64,000 nucleotides of DNA from Acidimicrobiales bacterium (GCA_025463985.1 JAODBM010000192.1:2201-66200); one strand, 5' to 3'. Counted from the stretch's first letter, positions 38,285 through 47,850 are shown. Program-made: numbers and translations. Notes: generated by a model from the sequence alone, not told the origin.

Positions 38285-38326
38285 TGGGCTGGGGTTCGGT
38301 CGTCCCAACGACCGCAACCCAGCCCA
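38285..38326. terminator. Long nested hairpin between convergent genes (candidate bidirectional terminator), related in sequence to the 8073-8310 repeat unit
   Basis: TGGGCTGGGGTT-CGGTCGT-CCCA-ACGACCG-C-AACCCAGCCCA. The inner stem is 7 bp and perfect. The outer stem is 11 bp with one bulge. Confidence 0.55.
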
Positions 38327-38345
38327 CTTCCGTGGTGCGGCGCGC

Positions 38346-38798
38346 TCAGCCCAGCTGGGCCGGGGACTGGAGCGGCAGCATGTCGTCGAGCGTGATCCGC
38401 TTCTCGATGCACACGGCTGCGCCGTCGCGGGCGACGAACACGTCGTAGTAGGTGCCGGCGCCGATGAACGAGGCCTCGCCGGCGGCGTACACGAGGGCGA
38501 AGGTGGACCGGACGACCGTGCGGTCGGCCTCGGCTTCCTCGACGTCGATGTTGGTCACCAGGTGGTGGGCGCCACCGGTCCCGGCGGTGGCGAACAGCTC
38601 ACCGAAGAACTCGACGATGGCGTCGCGCCCGTCGCGGTCCACGCCGTCGGCGCCGTTGAAGAAGGCGCTCTTGTCGAAGTGGGCGGCCAGGCCCTCGATG
38701 TCGCCGCTGTCCATCGCGCGGATGTAGCGGGCGATCGCGCTGCGGGCCCATTCGGCCCGCTCGAGTCGGGCCACGGTCTCGTTCAGGTCTGCGCTCAT
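38346..38798 (-). CDS. SnoaL-like / NTF2-fold protein
   Basis: 150-aa ORF with a pattern typical of SnoaL_4-type proteins (ARYIRAMDSGDIEGLAAHF...GAHHLVTNIDV). Confidence 0.6.
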   Translation of the reverse strand: MSADLNETVARLERAEWARSAIARYIRAMDSGDIEGLAAHFDKSAFFNGADGVDRDGRDAIVEFFGELFATAGTGGAHHLVTNIDVEEAEADRTVVRSTFALVYAAGEASFIGAGTYYDVFVARDGAAVCIEKRITLDDMLPLQSPAQLG

Positions 38799-38864
38799 GT
38801 CGTCCTCTCGTGTCTGCGGCTCGGCCGCCGGGCTGTCGTGGTGCTGCGGTCCGGCGCGCGGCCG

Positions 38865-40082
38865 TCAGCTGATCGCGCCGGACTCCTTCAGGCGGATGAG
38901 ATCGTCCCAGTCGTAGCCGTGCTCAAGGAGGACCTCCTCGGTGTGCTCGGCGTGCTCGGGCCCGCGGGTGAGCGAGGCCGGCTCTTGGTCGAACTGCGCC
39001 GCGGCGGCCACGAGCGGGAGCGTGTGGCCCGACTCGTAGGTCACGGGCTGGAAGTAGCCGTTGATGATCGCCTGCTCGTCGGCCGCCACCTCACGAGGAT
39101 TGGTCATGACCGCCCAGGGGCCCTCTTGCGAGTCGAGCCGCGGCTTCCATTCGTCGAGCGTGCGCTCGGCAAAGGTCTTGTCGAGCTCGTCGACGCACGC
39201 CTCGACGTTCGCCAGGCGGGCGTCGGCGTCGACGAACCGGGGGTCGTGCTCGAGGTCGGGGCGACCGATCGCGGCACAGAAGTGGCCCCAGTAGCGGTCG
39301 GCTTCGAGGAAGCCGAGCATCAGGAACCGGTGGTCGGCCGTGCGGTAGATGTTGCCGAGGGGGTTGTTCGGCCGCTGCCGGTCGGGCGACGGCATCACGT
39401 CCACGTCCATCAGGTTGGCGCCGATGACGTTGGCCTGCCCGGCCCAGAGGCCGGCGCTCATGAGCGAGACGTCGACGACCGAGCCCTCGCCGGTCTTCTC
39501 CCTGAGGAAGAGCGCCGCGGCGATGCCACCGGCGAGCTGGGCGCCGGCCTGGATGTCGCCGAACGCCGGGCCGGGGAGCTGGATCGGGTAGCCGTAGTCG
39601 GGCGGCATCGCCGCGACGGCCGTGCCGCTGCGACCCCAGTACGAGATCGCGTCGAACCCACCCTTGTCGGCGTCGGGGCCCTTGGGGCCGTGGCCGGTGC
39701 CGCGGGCGTAGATGATCTTGGGGTTCCGGGCCTGGATGTCCTCGGCCTCGATGCCCAGCTTGCGGCGGGCATCACCGAGGAAGTTGGTGAGGAAGACGTC
39801 GGCCTGCTCCACGAGCTTCATCAGGACCTCGCGGCCCTCGTCGTTGCGGATGTCGAGGCCCACGCTCTTCTTGCCGCGGTTGAACATCTCCCACAGGTAG
39901 CTGATGCCCTGCTCCTTGGGGTCGAAGCCCCAGGCCACCAGGCCACGCACCGGGTCGCCGGTGACGGGGTGCTCGATCTTGAGGACGTCGGCTCCCCAGT
40001 CCGACAGCACGGCCGCCGCGCTCGGCACGAAGCCGTACAACGCGACCTCCACGACCCGCAGGCCTTCCATGGGCTTGGTCAC
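38865..40082 (-). CDS. Family III CoA-transferase (CaiB/BaiF/racemase family)
   Basis: GTG start after AAGGGGGAG. Motifs are MTKPMEGLRVVEV, DWGADVLKIEHP and FNRGKKSVGLDI. Confidence 0.9.
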   Translation of the reverse strand: MTKPMEGLRVVEVALYGFVPSAAAVLSDWGADVLKIEHPVTGDPVRGLVAWGFDPKEQGISYLWEMFNRGKKSVGLDIRNDEGREVLMKLVEQADVFLTNFLGDARRKLGIEAEDIQARNPKIIYARGTGHGPKGPDADKGGFDAISYWGRSGTAVAAMPPDYGYPIQLPGPAFGDIQAGAQLAGGIAAALFLREKTGEGSVVDVSLMSAGLWAGQANVIGANLMDVDVMPSPDRQRPNNPLGNIYRTADHRFLMLGFLEADRYWGHFCAAIGRPDLEHDPRFVDADARLANVEACVDELDKTFAERTLDEWKPRLDSQEGPWAVMTNPREVAADEQAIINGYFQPVTYESGHTLPLVAAAAQFDQEPASLTRGPEHAEHTEEVLLEHGYDWDDLIRLKESGAIS

Positions 40083-40194
40083 TCGCTCCCCCTTCGAGCA
40101 CCGGCCGCTCAGTACCGGTCAATTAGACAGATAGATTAGACTATTGTGTGATCGTAGCGGACGGGCGACCCTTCGGCTAGAGGCAGGGGATCTC

Positions 40195-41079
40195 ATGAGC
40201 GGCACGGGACCGACGTTCGGGCTGACCCTGGTGGGGGCGGGCGCGATGGCCCAACCGGCCTTGGCCGCCGAGGTGGCGGAGACGGCCGAAGGGCTCGGGT
40301 TCACCGCCCTGTGGACCTCGGAGCACGTGGTGTTCCCCGGCGAGATCCGCTCGCCCTATCCCTACAGCGCGGACGGCACGTTCCCGGCGGGGGGCCCGCG
40401 GATGGACGCACCCGACCCGCTGATCTGGCTCGCGTACGTGGCCGCGCGCACCGCTCGGATCCGCCTCGGCACGGCCGTCCTCGTGCTGCCCCAGCGCGAC
40501 CCGTTCGTCGTGGCCAAGCAGGTCGCCTCGCTCGACGTGCTCTCGGGAGGGCGGGTGAGCCTCGGGATCGGGGTGGGCTGGCTGGCCGAGGAGTTCGAGG
40601 TGCTCGGGGTGCCGTTCGCCGACCGCGGCCGCCGCGCCGACGAGTACGTCGCCGTGCTGCGCCGCCTCTGGTCGGACGCCCCCGCCTCGTTCAGCGGCGA
40701 CTACGTGTCGTTCACCGACTGCACGTCGCTGCCCCACCCCGTGCAGCCCGGCGGACCCCCGATCATCGTCGGCGGCGACACCGTGCGGGCCGCCCGCCGA
40801 GCCGGTCGCATCGGCGACGGATGGTTCCCGGGCACGGGCACGCCCGATGAGCTCGAGGTGCTGCTGGGCCACCTGCGCGACGCGGCGGTCGACGCCGGGC
40901 GCGACCCGGAGCACGTCGTGCTCCACACCGGCTATCCCGACGACGACAAGACGCTGAGCCGCCTGGTCGACCTGGGCTTCTCGCACTTCAGCGTGGGCGT
41001 CGCCGGTCGCGGCATGCGCGAGCCGGGCGGGCTCGACAAGGTGCTGCAGGCGCTGGCCACCCGGGTCGGGCTCCGGTGA
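40195..41079 (+). CDS. Luciferase-like monooxygenase (LLM) family oxidoreductase, F420/FMN class
   Basis: ATG 40195 inside ORF 40144..41079. Motifs are LDVLSGGRVSLGIGVGWLAEEFEVLGVPFADRGRRADEYVAVLRRLW. Confidence 0.85.
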   Translation: MSGTGPTFGLTLVGAGAMAQPALAAEVAETAEGLGFTALWTSEHVVFPGEIRSPYPYSADGTFPAGGPRMDAPDPLIWLAYVAARTARIRLGTAVLVLPQRDPFVVAKQVASLDVLSGGRVSLGIGVGWLAEEFEVLGVPFADRGRRADEYVAVLRRLWSDAPASFSGDYVSFTDCTSLPHPVQPGGPPIIVGGDTVRAARRAGRIGDGWFPGTGTPDELEVLLGHLRDAAVDAGRDPEHVVLHTGYPDDDKTLSRLVDLGFSHFSVGVAGRGMREPGGLDKVLQALATRVGLR

Positions 41080-41906
41080 AGCTCGGCCTGCACCTGCCCC
41101 AGTACGGACGCGCCGCGGTCACCGGCGCCATCCAGCGCGTGGCGCGCCAGGCGGAGGACCTCGGCTTCGACGACGTGTGGGTCAGCGATCACCTCGTGGT
41201 GCCGAGCGAGCAGCCGTACCCGCCGCCCTATCTCTACGACCCGCTGCAGTCGCTCGCGTTTGCCGCGGCGGTGACGTCGACGATCGGCCTGGGCACCAGC
41301 GTCCTCGTGCTCCCGCAGTACGCGAGCCCGCTGGCGCTGGCCAACACGCTCGCCTCGCTCGACGACCTGGCCGGTGGCCGGGTGATCCTCGGGGCGGGGA
41401 TCGGCTGGTCGGCACGCGAGTACGAGGCGCTCGGGGCCGGGTTCGACCACCGGGGCGCCCGCCTCGAGGAGATCGTCGCGGTGCTCCGAGCGAGCTGGGA
41501 GACCGACCCCACGTCCTACGAGGGCGAGCACTACGCCTTCCACGACATGCGCCTCCTGCCGAAGCCGGCGCACCGGATCCCCCTCTGGCTCGGCGGAACG
41601 AGCGATGCCGCGCTGGCGCGGGCGGCGCGGCTGGCCGACGGCTACCACGGCTTGGGCATGGCGCCCGCCGAGCTGAAGCCCGTGGTCGACCGGCTGCGCG
41701 AGGCACGGCCCGGCCCGGACTTCACGATCTCGATGCGGTTGACCTGCCCGCCCGACCAGCCGGTCGAGGAGCTGGTCGAGGTGGTCGTCGCGCATGGCGA
41801 GGCCGGCGTGGACCACTGCGTGCTGACCCCCGAGCGCGGCGACCTGGAGACCTGGCTGCGTTGCGCGGAGACGTGGGCCGAGGCGATCGTGAGCGGCGCC
41901 TCGTGA
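41076..41906 (+). CDS. Luciferase-like monooxygenase (LLM) family oxidoreductase, F420/FMN class
   Basis: GTG 41076 overlaps the upstream stop (GTGA). Motifs are LDDLAGGRVILGAGIGWSAREYEALGAGFDHRGARLEEIVAVLRASW. Confidence 0.85.
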   Translation: MKLGLHLPQYGRAAVTGAIQRVARQAEDLGFDDVWVSDHLVVPSEQPYPPPYLYDPLQSLAFAAAVTSTIGLGTSVLVLPQYASPLALANTLASLDDLAGGRVILGAGIGWSAREYEALGAGFDHRGARLEEIVAVLRASWETDPTSYEGEHYAFHDMRLLPKPAHRIPLWLGGTSDAALARAARLADGYHGLGMAPAELKPVVDRLREARPGPDFTISMRLTCPPDQPVEELVEVVVAHGEAGVDHCVLTPERGDLETWLRCAETWAEAIVSGAS

Positions 41907-42853
41907 CCGCCGCGCCGCCGACCGAGATGGCCGTCGTCGCGACCGGTCTCCAGTTCCCGGAGGGACCGGTCGCGCTGCCCGACGGCAGCGTCCTCGTGGT
42001 CGAGATCGCGCGCGGCACGCTCACGCGCGTGACGCCGACCGGCGACGTCGACGTCGTGGCCGAGTGCGGCGGCGGCCCGAACGGCGCGGCCTTCGGGCCG
42101 GACGGCCGCGTGTGGATCTGCAACAACGGCGGCTTCTCATGGGACCGCGACCGGGGGCGACTGGTGCCGGTCGGTCCCGCCGCGGACTACTCCGGCGGTC
42201 GCATCCAGGCGGTCGACCTGGAGTCCGGACGGGTCGAGACCATCTACGAGGCCTGCGACGGCGAGCCGCTGTGCGCACCCAACGACCTCGTGTTCGACGG
42301 CGCCGGCGGGCTGTGGTTCACCGATCCGGGCCACCGACGCGAACGCGTCCACGATCTCGGTGGGCTCTTCTACGCGCGGGCGGACGGCTCCGAGATCCGC
42401 TGCGTGAGCTGGGGCCTCGACGGCCCGAACGGGGTCGGCCTGGGGCCCGACGGCACCACGCTCTACGTCGCGATGACGCCGCTCGCGCGGGTCTACTGGT
42501 GGCCGCTGGACGGCCCGGGCGAGGTGGCGTCCCCGTTCAGCAACGACCGCGGCCGCCTGCTCTACGCCGACGCCCGCGACAACGTCTTCGACTCGCTCAA
42601 GGTCGACAGCGCCGGGCACGTGTGCGTCGCGTCGATCCGCAAGGGCGGCATCGTCGACATCGCGCCCGACGGCACGGCCGTCGACGTGCCGACCGGCGAC
42701 CGGGTCACGACCAACATCTGCTTCGGCGGCGCCGACCTGCGCACCGCCTACCTGACGTGCTCGGGCACGGGCACCCTGCGCACCGCCACGTGGGCCCGGC
42801 CGGGCCTGGCGCTGCACCACAACCCGTACCCCCCGATCGACCCGGCCGGATGA
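41903..42853 (+). CDS. SMP-30/gluconolactonase/LRE-family beta-propeller hydrolase
   Basis: GTG 41903 overlaps the upstream stop (GTGA); ATG 41927 is an alternative start. Motifs are LQFPEGPVALPDGSVLVVE, PNDLVFDGAGGLWFTDPG and GPNGVGLGPDGTTLYV. Confidence 0.8.
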   Translation: MTAAPPTEMAVVATGLQFPEGPVALPDGSVLVVEIARGTLTRVTPTGDVDVVAECGGGPNGAAFGPDGRVWICNNGGFSWDRDRGRLVPVGPAADYSGGRIQAVDLESGRVETIYEACDGEPLCAPNDLVFDGAGGLWFTDPGHRRERVHDLGGLFYARADGSEIRCVSWGLDGPNGVGLGPDGTTLYVAMTPLARVYWWPLDGPGEVASPFSNDRGRLLYADARDNVFDSLKVDSAGHVCVASIRKGGIVDIAPDGTAVDVPTGDRVTTNICFGGADLRTAYLTCSGTGTLRTATWARPGLALHHNPYPPIDPAG

Positions 42854-42866
42854 GGAGCACCGCAGG

Positions 42867-43847
42867 ATGAGAGCGATCGTCTGCAAGGAGTACGGCCCGC
42901 CCGAGGGCCTCCTGCTCGAAGAGGTGCCCGAGCCCACCCCCGGGCCCGGTGAGGTCGTGCTCGACGTCAAGGCCTGCGCGGTCAACTTCCCTGACGTGCT
43001 CACGCTCCAGGACCGCTATCAGGTCCGCCAGCACCCGCCGTTCACGCCCGGGAGCGAGGTTGCCGGCATCGTCAGCGTGCTCGGCGCGGGGGTCGACTCC
43101 GTCCGCATCGGGGATCGGGTGTTCCTCTCCGCGGCCACCGGCGGCCTCGCCGAGAAGGCGGTGGTCTCAGCCGAGCTCTGCGTGCCGGTTCCCGACGCCG
43201 TCGATCTCGTCCACGCCTCGGCGTTCATCTACGCCTACGGCACGTCGTACCACGCGCTCCACGACCGGGCCCACCTGCAGCCGGGCGAGACGCTGCTCGT
43301 GCTAGGCGCGTCCGGAGGCGTCGGCCTCGCCGCGGTCGAGCTGGGCGCCGCGCACGGGGCGCGCGTGATCGCCGCCGCCTCGTCCGAGGAGAAGCTCGTG
43401 CTCTGTCGTGAGCACGGCGCCGCGATGACCATCAACTACGACGAGGAAGACCTCAAGCAGCGCGTGCGCGAGCTCACCGACGGCGAGGGCGCCGACGTGG
43501 TCTACGACGCCGTCGGCGGGCCCTACACCGAGCCGGCGCTGCGGGCGACGGCCTGGGCCGGCCGGTTCCTCGTGATCGGCTTCGCGGCGGGAGAGATCCC
43601 CCGCATCCCGCTCAACCTGCCCCTGCTCAAGGGCACCTCGATCGTCGGCGTGATCTGGGGCCGTGCCGCCATGCGCGACCGGGCGAACCACCGGGCGATC
43701 GTGGCCGAGCTGCTGCGGCTGTGGGGGGCCGGGAAGATCCACCCGCACGTGTCCGCCACGTATCCCCTGGAGGAGGCCGCCACGGCGCTGCGGCAGATCA
43801 TCGACCGCAAGGCGACCGGCAAGGTCGTGGTGACGATCGGCGGCTGA
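42867..43847 (+). CDS. NADPH:quinone oxidoreductase / zinc-type alcohol dehydrogenase superfamily (MDR)
   Basis: ATG follows GAGGAG. Motifs are EVLDVKACAVNFPDV and the Rossmann motif VLGASGGVGLAAVELG. Confidence 0.85.
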   Translation: MRAIVCKEYGPPEGLLLEEVPEPTPGPGEVVLDVKACAVNFPDVLTLQDRYQVRQHPPFTPGSEVAGIVSVLGAGVDSVRIGDRVFLSAATGGLAEKAVVSAELCVPVPDAVDLVHASAFIYAYGTSYHALHDRAHLQPGETLLVLGASGGVGLAAVELGAAHGARVIAAASSEEKLVLCREHGAAMTINYDEEDLKQRVRELTDGEGADVVYDAVGGPYTEPALRATAWAGRFLVIGFAAGEIPRIPLNLPLLKGTSIVGVIWGRAAMRDRANHRAIVAELLRLWGAGKIHPHVSATYPLEEAATALRQIIDRKATGKVVVTIGG

Positions 43848-43850
43848 CCG

Positions 43851-45329
43851 CTACAAGCGCGCGGCCCGCAGGGCGGAGCGCCGGACCTTGCCGGCGTCGT
43901 CACGCAGGGGCGCAGCGACGCGCTCGACCGACCGCGGCAGCTTGTAGCGGGCCAGGCGCTGTGCGAGGTGGGCGAGCAGCTCGTCGTCGCCGACGTCCTC
44001 GCGCAGCTCGACGATGGCGTGCACGCGGTTGCCGAGGTCGTCGTCGGGCAGGCCGATCACGCACGAGGACTGCACGGCGGGATGCTCGTCGAGCGCGGCC
44101 TCGACCTCGGCGGGATAGACGTTGGCCCCGCCCACCAGGATGAGGTCGGCGTCGCGGTCGCTCAAGTACAGGTAGCCGTCCTCGTCCATCGAGCCCAGGT
44201 CGCCCACCGACTCCCACCCGCCGGCGCGCTGGCGAGGCTCGGCCCCGATGTAGCGATAGGGCCTGGGCTCGTCGGGGCCGCGGCGCATCCAGACCTCGCC
44301 GATCTCGCCGGGCGGGGCCGGCGTGCCGTCGCGGCCGAGGATCGTGATCTCGCCCAGGTAGGCCCGGCCGACCGAGCCGGGATGCGCGAGCCAGTCGTGG
44401 CCGTCGATGAGCGTCGCCGCCTGGGCCTCGGTGGCGGCGTAGAGCTCGAGGATCCGGTCCGGACCGAGCCACTCGATCCACTCCCGCTTCAGCCACTCGG
44501 GGCAGGGCGCGGCGAGGTGGAACAGGGTGCGCAGCGACGAGAGGTCCGGCTTCAGCCGTTCGACCTCGGGCAGCCGCCAGATGCGCAACATCATCGTGGG
44601 CACCGCGTACATCCAGTCCACCCGGTGCTCGTCGATGAGCTGCAGCGCGCGGGCCGCGTCGAAGCGCGACATCACGATCAGCTCGCACCCGATCAGCAGC
44701 GCGCACACCGACGTGTTGAACGGGGCGTTGTGGTAGAGCGGCGCGGTCACGAGGTGCACGCCTTCGGGCACCATGCGCAGCGGTCCGGCGAGGCCGACGA
44801 CCTCTTCCACCGTGGCCCGCTGCGACGACACGATGATCTTGGGCCGGCCCGTGCTGCCGCCCGAGGTCGGAGCCTTGAACGACGGTGACACGACGGGCGG
44901 GAGCGGCGCGTCGGACAGGGTTGCGGCGGGCTCGTACCCGGCGGCGACCGCCGGCCAGGTCGACCCCGGCGGCGCCGCGATCCCGACCACGAGGGCCGGG
45001 TCGGCCAGCTCGATGATGGCGGCGACCTCGCGTCCGGGCAGCGCCGCCGACACCGGCTGGGGGATCGCGCCGAGCTTCCACGTGGCGATGGCGGCCTCGT
45101 AGAGCTCGATGCCGTTTGGCAGGCCGATCGTGACGAACGCCCCGGGCGTCACGCCCAAGCGGGCGTAGGCGCGGGCCAGGCGGTTCGTCCGCTGCTCCAG
45201 CGCGGCCCGTGATATCGAGCGTCCCTCGTGGGTGATGGCCGTGCGCTGCGGGTCGGCGTCTGCCAGCGCGGCGAGGGCGGCGCCGAGCGGCGTGCCCTCG
45301 GTGGCGGCGGGGTGGGAGGTGGTGGTCAC
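43851..45329 (-). CDS. AMP-dependent acyl-CoA synthetase/ligase
   Basis: 492-aa ORF with motifs APTSGGSTGRPK, GDLGSMDEDGYLYLSDRDADLILVGGANVYP and GKVRRS. Its stop is 3 nt from the convergent stop at 43847. Confidence 0.9.
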   Translation of the reverse strand: MTTTSHPAATEGTPLGAALAALADADPQRTAITHEGRSISRAALEQRTNRLARAYARLGVTPGAFVTIGLPNGIELYEAAIATWKLGAIPQPVSAALPGREVAAIIELADPALVVGIAAPPGSTWPAVAAGYEPAATLSDAPLPPVVSPSFKAPTSGGSTGRPKIIVSSQRATVEEVVGLAGPLRMVPEGVHLVTAPLYHNAPFNTSVCALLIGCELIVMSRFDAARALQLIDEHRVDWMYAVPTMMLRIWRLPEVERLKPDLSSLRTLFHLAAPCPEWLKREWIEWLGPDRILELYAATEAQAATLIDGHDWLAHPGSVGRAYLGEITILGRDGTPAPPGEIGEVWMRRGPDEPRPYRYIGAEPRQRAGGWESVGDLGSMDEDGYLYLSDRDADLILVGGANVYPAEVEAALDEHPAVQSSCVIGLPDDDLGNRVHAIVELREDVGDDELLAHLAQRLARYKLPRSVERVAAPLRDDAGKVRRSALRAARL

Positions 45330-45352
45330 CGGTCGGTCGAGCGGCCGAGCGG

Positions 45353-46288
45353 CTAGGCGTACGGCGGCGCGAGCCGCGTGACGACGTCGTCGACGAGCCG
45401 CGCCGACTCGGTCGAGGCGGGGGCGTCGAACCGGCTCGGCGCCTCGCGCCGGTCGGCCACGACCCAGAGCTCCTGCGCCCCCGCCGGGCCCGGCTGCGAC
45501 GGCCCGTGGCGGGTGCCGGCCTGCTGGAGGCGGAAGCCGAGGCGGCCGAGCTCGACGCCAGCGACCGTGCAGGAGCCCTCGACCACCAGGCGCACCAGGT
45601 CGGTGGTCGCCGCGAAGCCCGGCAGCTCGGCGGCGTCCGCCGGACGGTCCCAGAACAGGAGCAGCGGGCCGTGGACGCGGTCACCCATGGCCACGATGCC
45701 CAGGCGGCTGCCGTCGCTCAGCTGCGGCCACGTGGCCGAGCCGGCGAACGCGGCGTCCCAATGCCCGGCGTGCAGCTCGGCGCCGAGGTCGTTCGCGATC
45801 TCGTGGTCGACGACGGCGTCGCGCGGGAGGTGGTCGCTGGTGGCCAAGAGGTCGTCGGAGTCCTCGAGAGCGAGGTCGATCGCGCCCTGCTTGGTCTCGT
45901 CGGGGAGGTAGGGCTTGACCCCGCGGCGGTCCGCCATGATCAGCACCTGGTTGGTGCCGACCTCGTCGGTCCAGAGCTCGGGCCCGTAGAACGTGTCGGC
46001 CTGCTGGAGGCGGAACCCGCCGTGCTGGTAGGTGGACCGGCCGACCACGAGCGGGTCGTTGAGCGCCATGCGGAACGTGTCGGTCTTGTGCATGTGCACG
46101 GGGGCCTTCCGGGGGAACAGCCGGCCCTCGATCGACATCGAGATCGCGGGCCCCGAGACCGGGTCGCCGAGCAGCATGACCGCGCCCGACAGCCGGCCGT
46201 CGTCGGGCACGGGCTGGCGGATGTCGCGGATGACCCCGTCGGCCGAGCCCGCCTCCCAAGCAGCACCGTCTCGCAACGTGATCATCAC
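45353..46288 (-). CDS. Hypothetical protein with two tandem cupin-like halves
   Basis: 311-aa ORF starting GTG 46288 or ATG 46285. It has an internal duplication: GGFRLQQADTFYGPE...IMADRRG and LGFRLQQAGTRHGPS...VVADRRE. It lies upstream of the ligase in the same operon. Confidence 0.6.
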   Translation of the reverse strand: MMITLRDGAAWEAGSADGVIRDIRQPVPDDGRLSGAVMLLGDPVSGPAISMSIEGRLFPRKAPVHMHKTDTFRMALNDPLVVGRSTYQHGGFRLQQADTFYGPELWTDEVGTNQVLIMADRRGVKPYLPDETKQGAIDLALEDSDDLLATSDHLPRDAVVDHEIANDLGAELHAGHWDAAFAGSATWPQLSDGSRLGIVAMGDRVHGPLLLFWDRPADAAELPGFAATTDLVRLVVEGSCTVAGVELGRLGFRLQQAGTRHGPSQPGPAGAQELWVVADRREAPSRFDAPASTESARLVDDVVTRLAPPYA

Positions 46289-46342
46289 GCCCCCTTGTGC
46301 CGGACCCTAGCCCGAACGACGTCGGCTAATCCCTACAATAGT

Positions 46343-46371
46343 TTGACTTGATCGCGACCGGCACGGACAAT
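46343..46371 (+). promoter_or_regulatory. Putative promoter: -35 TTGACT, 17-nt spacer, -10 GACAAT
   Basis: TTGACT is at 46343-46348 and GACAAT at 46366-46371, in the divergent gap. GGCTAAT (46324-46330) and TACAAT (46334-46339) lie immediately upstream. Confidence 0.35.
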
Positions 46372-46400
46372 GCGGACACACGAGATCGAGGGGAGGCCCC

Positions 46401-47321
46401 GTGGGCTTGGTCGCGGACGGCAAGGTCATCATCGAGGTCGGGCTCAACGAGTGGGCCACGAAGGACAAGAACCCCAACGTGCCGTATGGGGTCGACGAGG
46501 TGATCGAGGCCGGCGTCGCGTGCGCCGAGGCGGGCGCGGCGGTCCTGCACTTCCATGCTCGCGATGACGACGGCGTCCAGGTCTGGACGGCGGCCGACGT
46601 GTATCGGGCCGAGATGGCGGGGATCGGTGCCCGGGCCGACGTGATCATGTACCCGAGCTACAACGGCGACTTCAGCGCGATCTGGGACCTGCTCGACGCG
46701 CCGCCCGCCGGCGCCCCGATGTTCATGTGCCCGTTCGACGTCTTCCAGGGCGTCGGGAACGTCACCTGGGACGAGGCCACGCGGTCGTTCCACGAGATCG
46801 GCTTCGACATCGAGACCATGGGCGCGAGCAAGGGCGACACGCCGGCCGAGCTCGAGGAGATGGTGCGCCGCGGCCTGGTGCCGACCGTGTGCACGCAGGA
46901 GCTGAGCGACATCCGCTGGACGCGGCACGCGCTCGAGGCGGGCCTCATCAGCGCGCCCGTCGCCCTCAAGATCTTCGTCATCGACCGCTTCATCAAGGGC
47001 GCCGATCCGTCTCCTGCCGGCGTCGATGCCCTGCTGACCCACGTCACCGCCGAGATGGAGCCCACGGTGGTCCCGGCGATGATGGCGTCGCGCGAGCGCA
47101 ACGAGGCGATCCTGCGCCACGCCATGCGCCGGGGCGCGCACATCCGCGTCGGCCTCGGCGACAACCCCGATGCCTTCCCGACCGAGACGAATGCGGACCT
47201 CGTCCGCTGGGCCGTCGAGCTGGCGCGGGACGAGGGCCTGGAACCGGCGACGGCGGAGGACGTGCGCCGCCTGTTCGCGCTCGACCGCGTGGCCGAACCC
47301 GCGGTGGCGGCCGGCGACTGA
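46401..47321 (+). CDS. Beta-keto acid cleavage enzyme (BKACE / DUF849, 3-keto-5-aminohexanoate cleavage enzyme family)
   Basis: GTG start after GAGGGGAGG. Family-typical motifs are IIEVGLNE and AGAAVLHFHARDDDG. Confidence 0.75.
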   Translation: MGLVADGKVIIEVGLNEWATKDKNPNVPYGVDEVIEAGVACAEAGAAVLHFHARDDDGVQVWTAADVYRAEMAGIGARADVIMYPSYNGDFSAIWDLLDAPPAGAPMFMCPFDVFQGVGNVTWDEATRSFHEIGFDIETMGASKGDTPAELEEMVRRGLVPTVCTQELSDIRWTRHALEAGLISAPVALKIFVIDRFIKGADPSPAGVDALLTHVTAEMEPTVVPAMMASRERNEAILRHAMRRGAHIRVGLGDNPDAFPTETNADLVRWAVELARDEGLEPATAEDVRRLFALDRVAEPAVAAGD

Positions 47322-47358
47322 CATCGGACCTGCGGGCCGGTCGGGGCCCTCGCTTACC

Positions 47359-47376
47359 ATCGACCGCACAGTCGAT
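47359..47376. promoter_or_regulatory. Perfect inverted repeat ATCGAC-N6-GTCGAT overlapping a -10-like TACCAT; candidate operator for the downstream TetR
   Basis: The arms are at 47359-47364 and 47371-47376. TACCAT is at 47355-47360. It lies about 20 nt upstream of the thioesterase-TetR gene pair. Confidence 0.35.
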
Positions 47377-47397
47377 CGATCGAACGAGGTGGCGTTG

Positions 47398-47850
47398 GTG
47401 TCCGATCCGGTGTTCCGCCCGGCCCTCCACATCCGCGGGTTCAACCGGCTGGTGGGCCTCGAGGTCGCCGAGGCGTCCGGCGATCGGGTCGTCGTCACCC
47501 TTCCGGTCCGCGACGAGCTCTTCCAGGTGCACGGGATCGTGCACGGGGGCGTGTGGTGCACGCTGGTCGAGACGGCGGCGAGCATCGGCGGTGGGCTGTG
47601 GATCGCCGACCGCGGATCCGCGGTCGGCGTGTCGAACCACACCGACTTCCTGCACGCGCTGCGGTCCGGCACGGTCACGGCCACGGCCACGCCGGTGCAC
47701 CGGGGCCGCCTCCAGCAGCTCTGGCTCGTCGAGGTGCGCGGCGACGATGGCCGGCTCGTCGCCCGCGGCGAGGTCAGGCTGCAGAACCTCGAGGACACGG
47801 CGCAGCTCGCGGCGGCGGCGTCGCCAACGGCGGGGGACGAGGGGCCGTGA
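47398..47850 (+). CDS. PaaI-family hotdog thioesterase
   Basis: Inside ORF 47170..47850. Candidate starts are GTG 47389, TTG 47395 and GTG 47398, after ACGAGG. Motif HGIVHGGVWCTLVETAAS. Confidence 0.75.
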   Translation: MSDPVFRPALHIRGFNRLVGLEVAEASGDRVVVTLPVRDELFQVHGIVHGGVWCTLVETAASIGGGLWIADRGSAVGVSNHTDFLHALRSGTVTATATPVHRGRLQQLWLVEVRGDDGRLVARGEVRLQNLEDTAQLAAAASPTAGDEGP

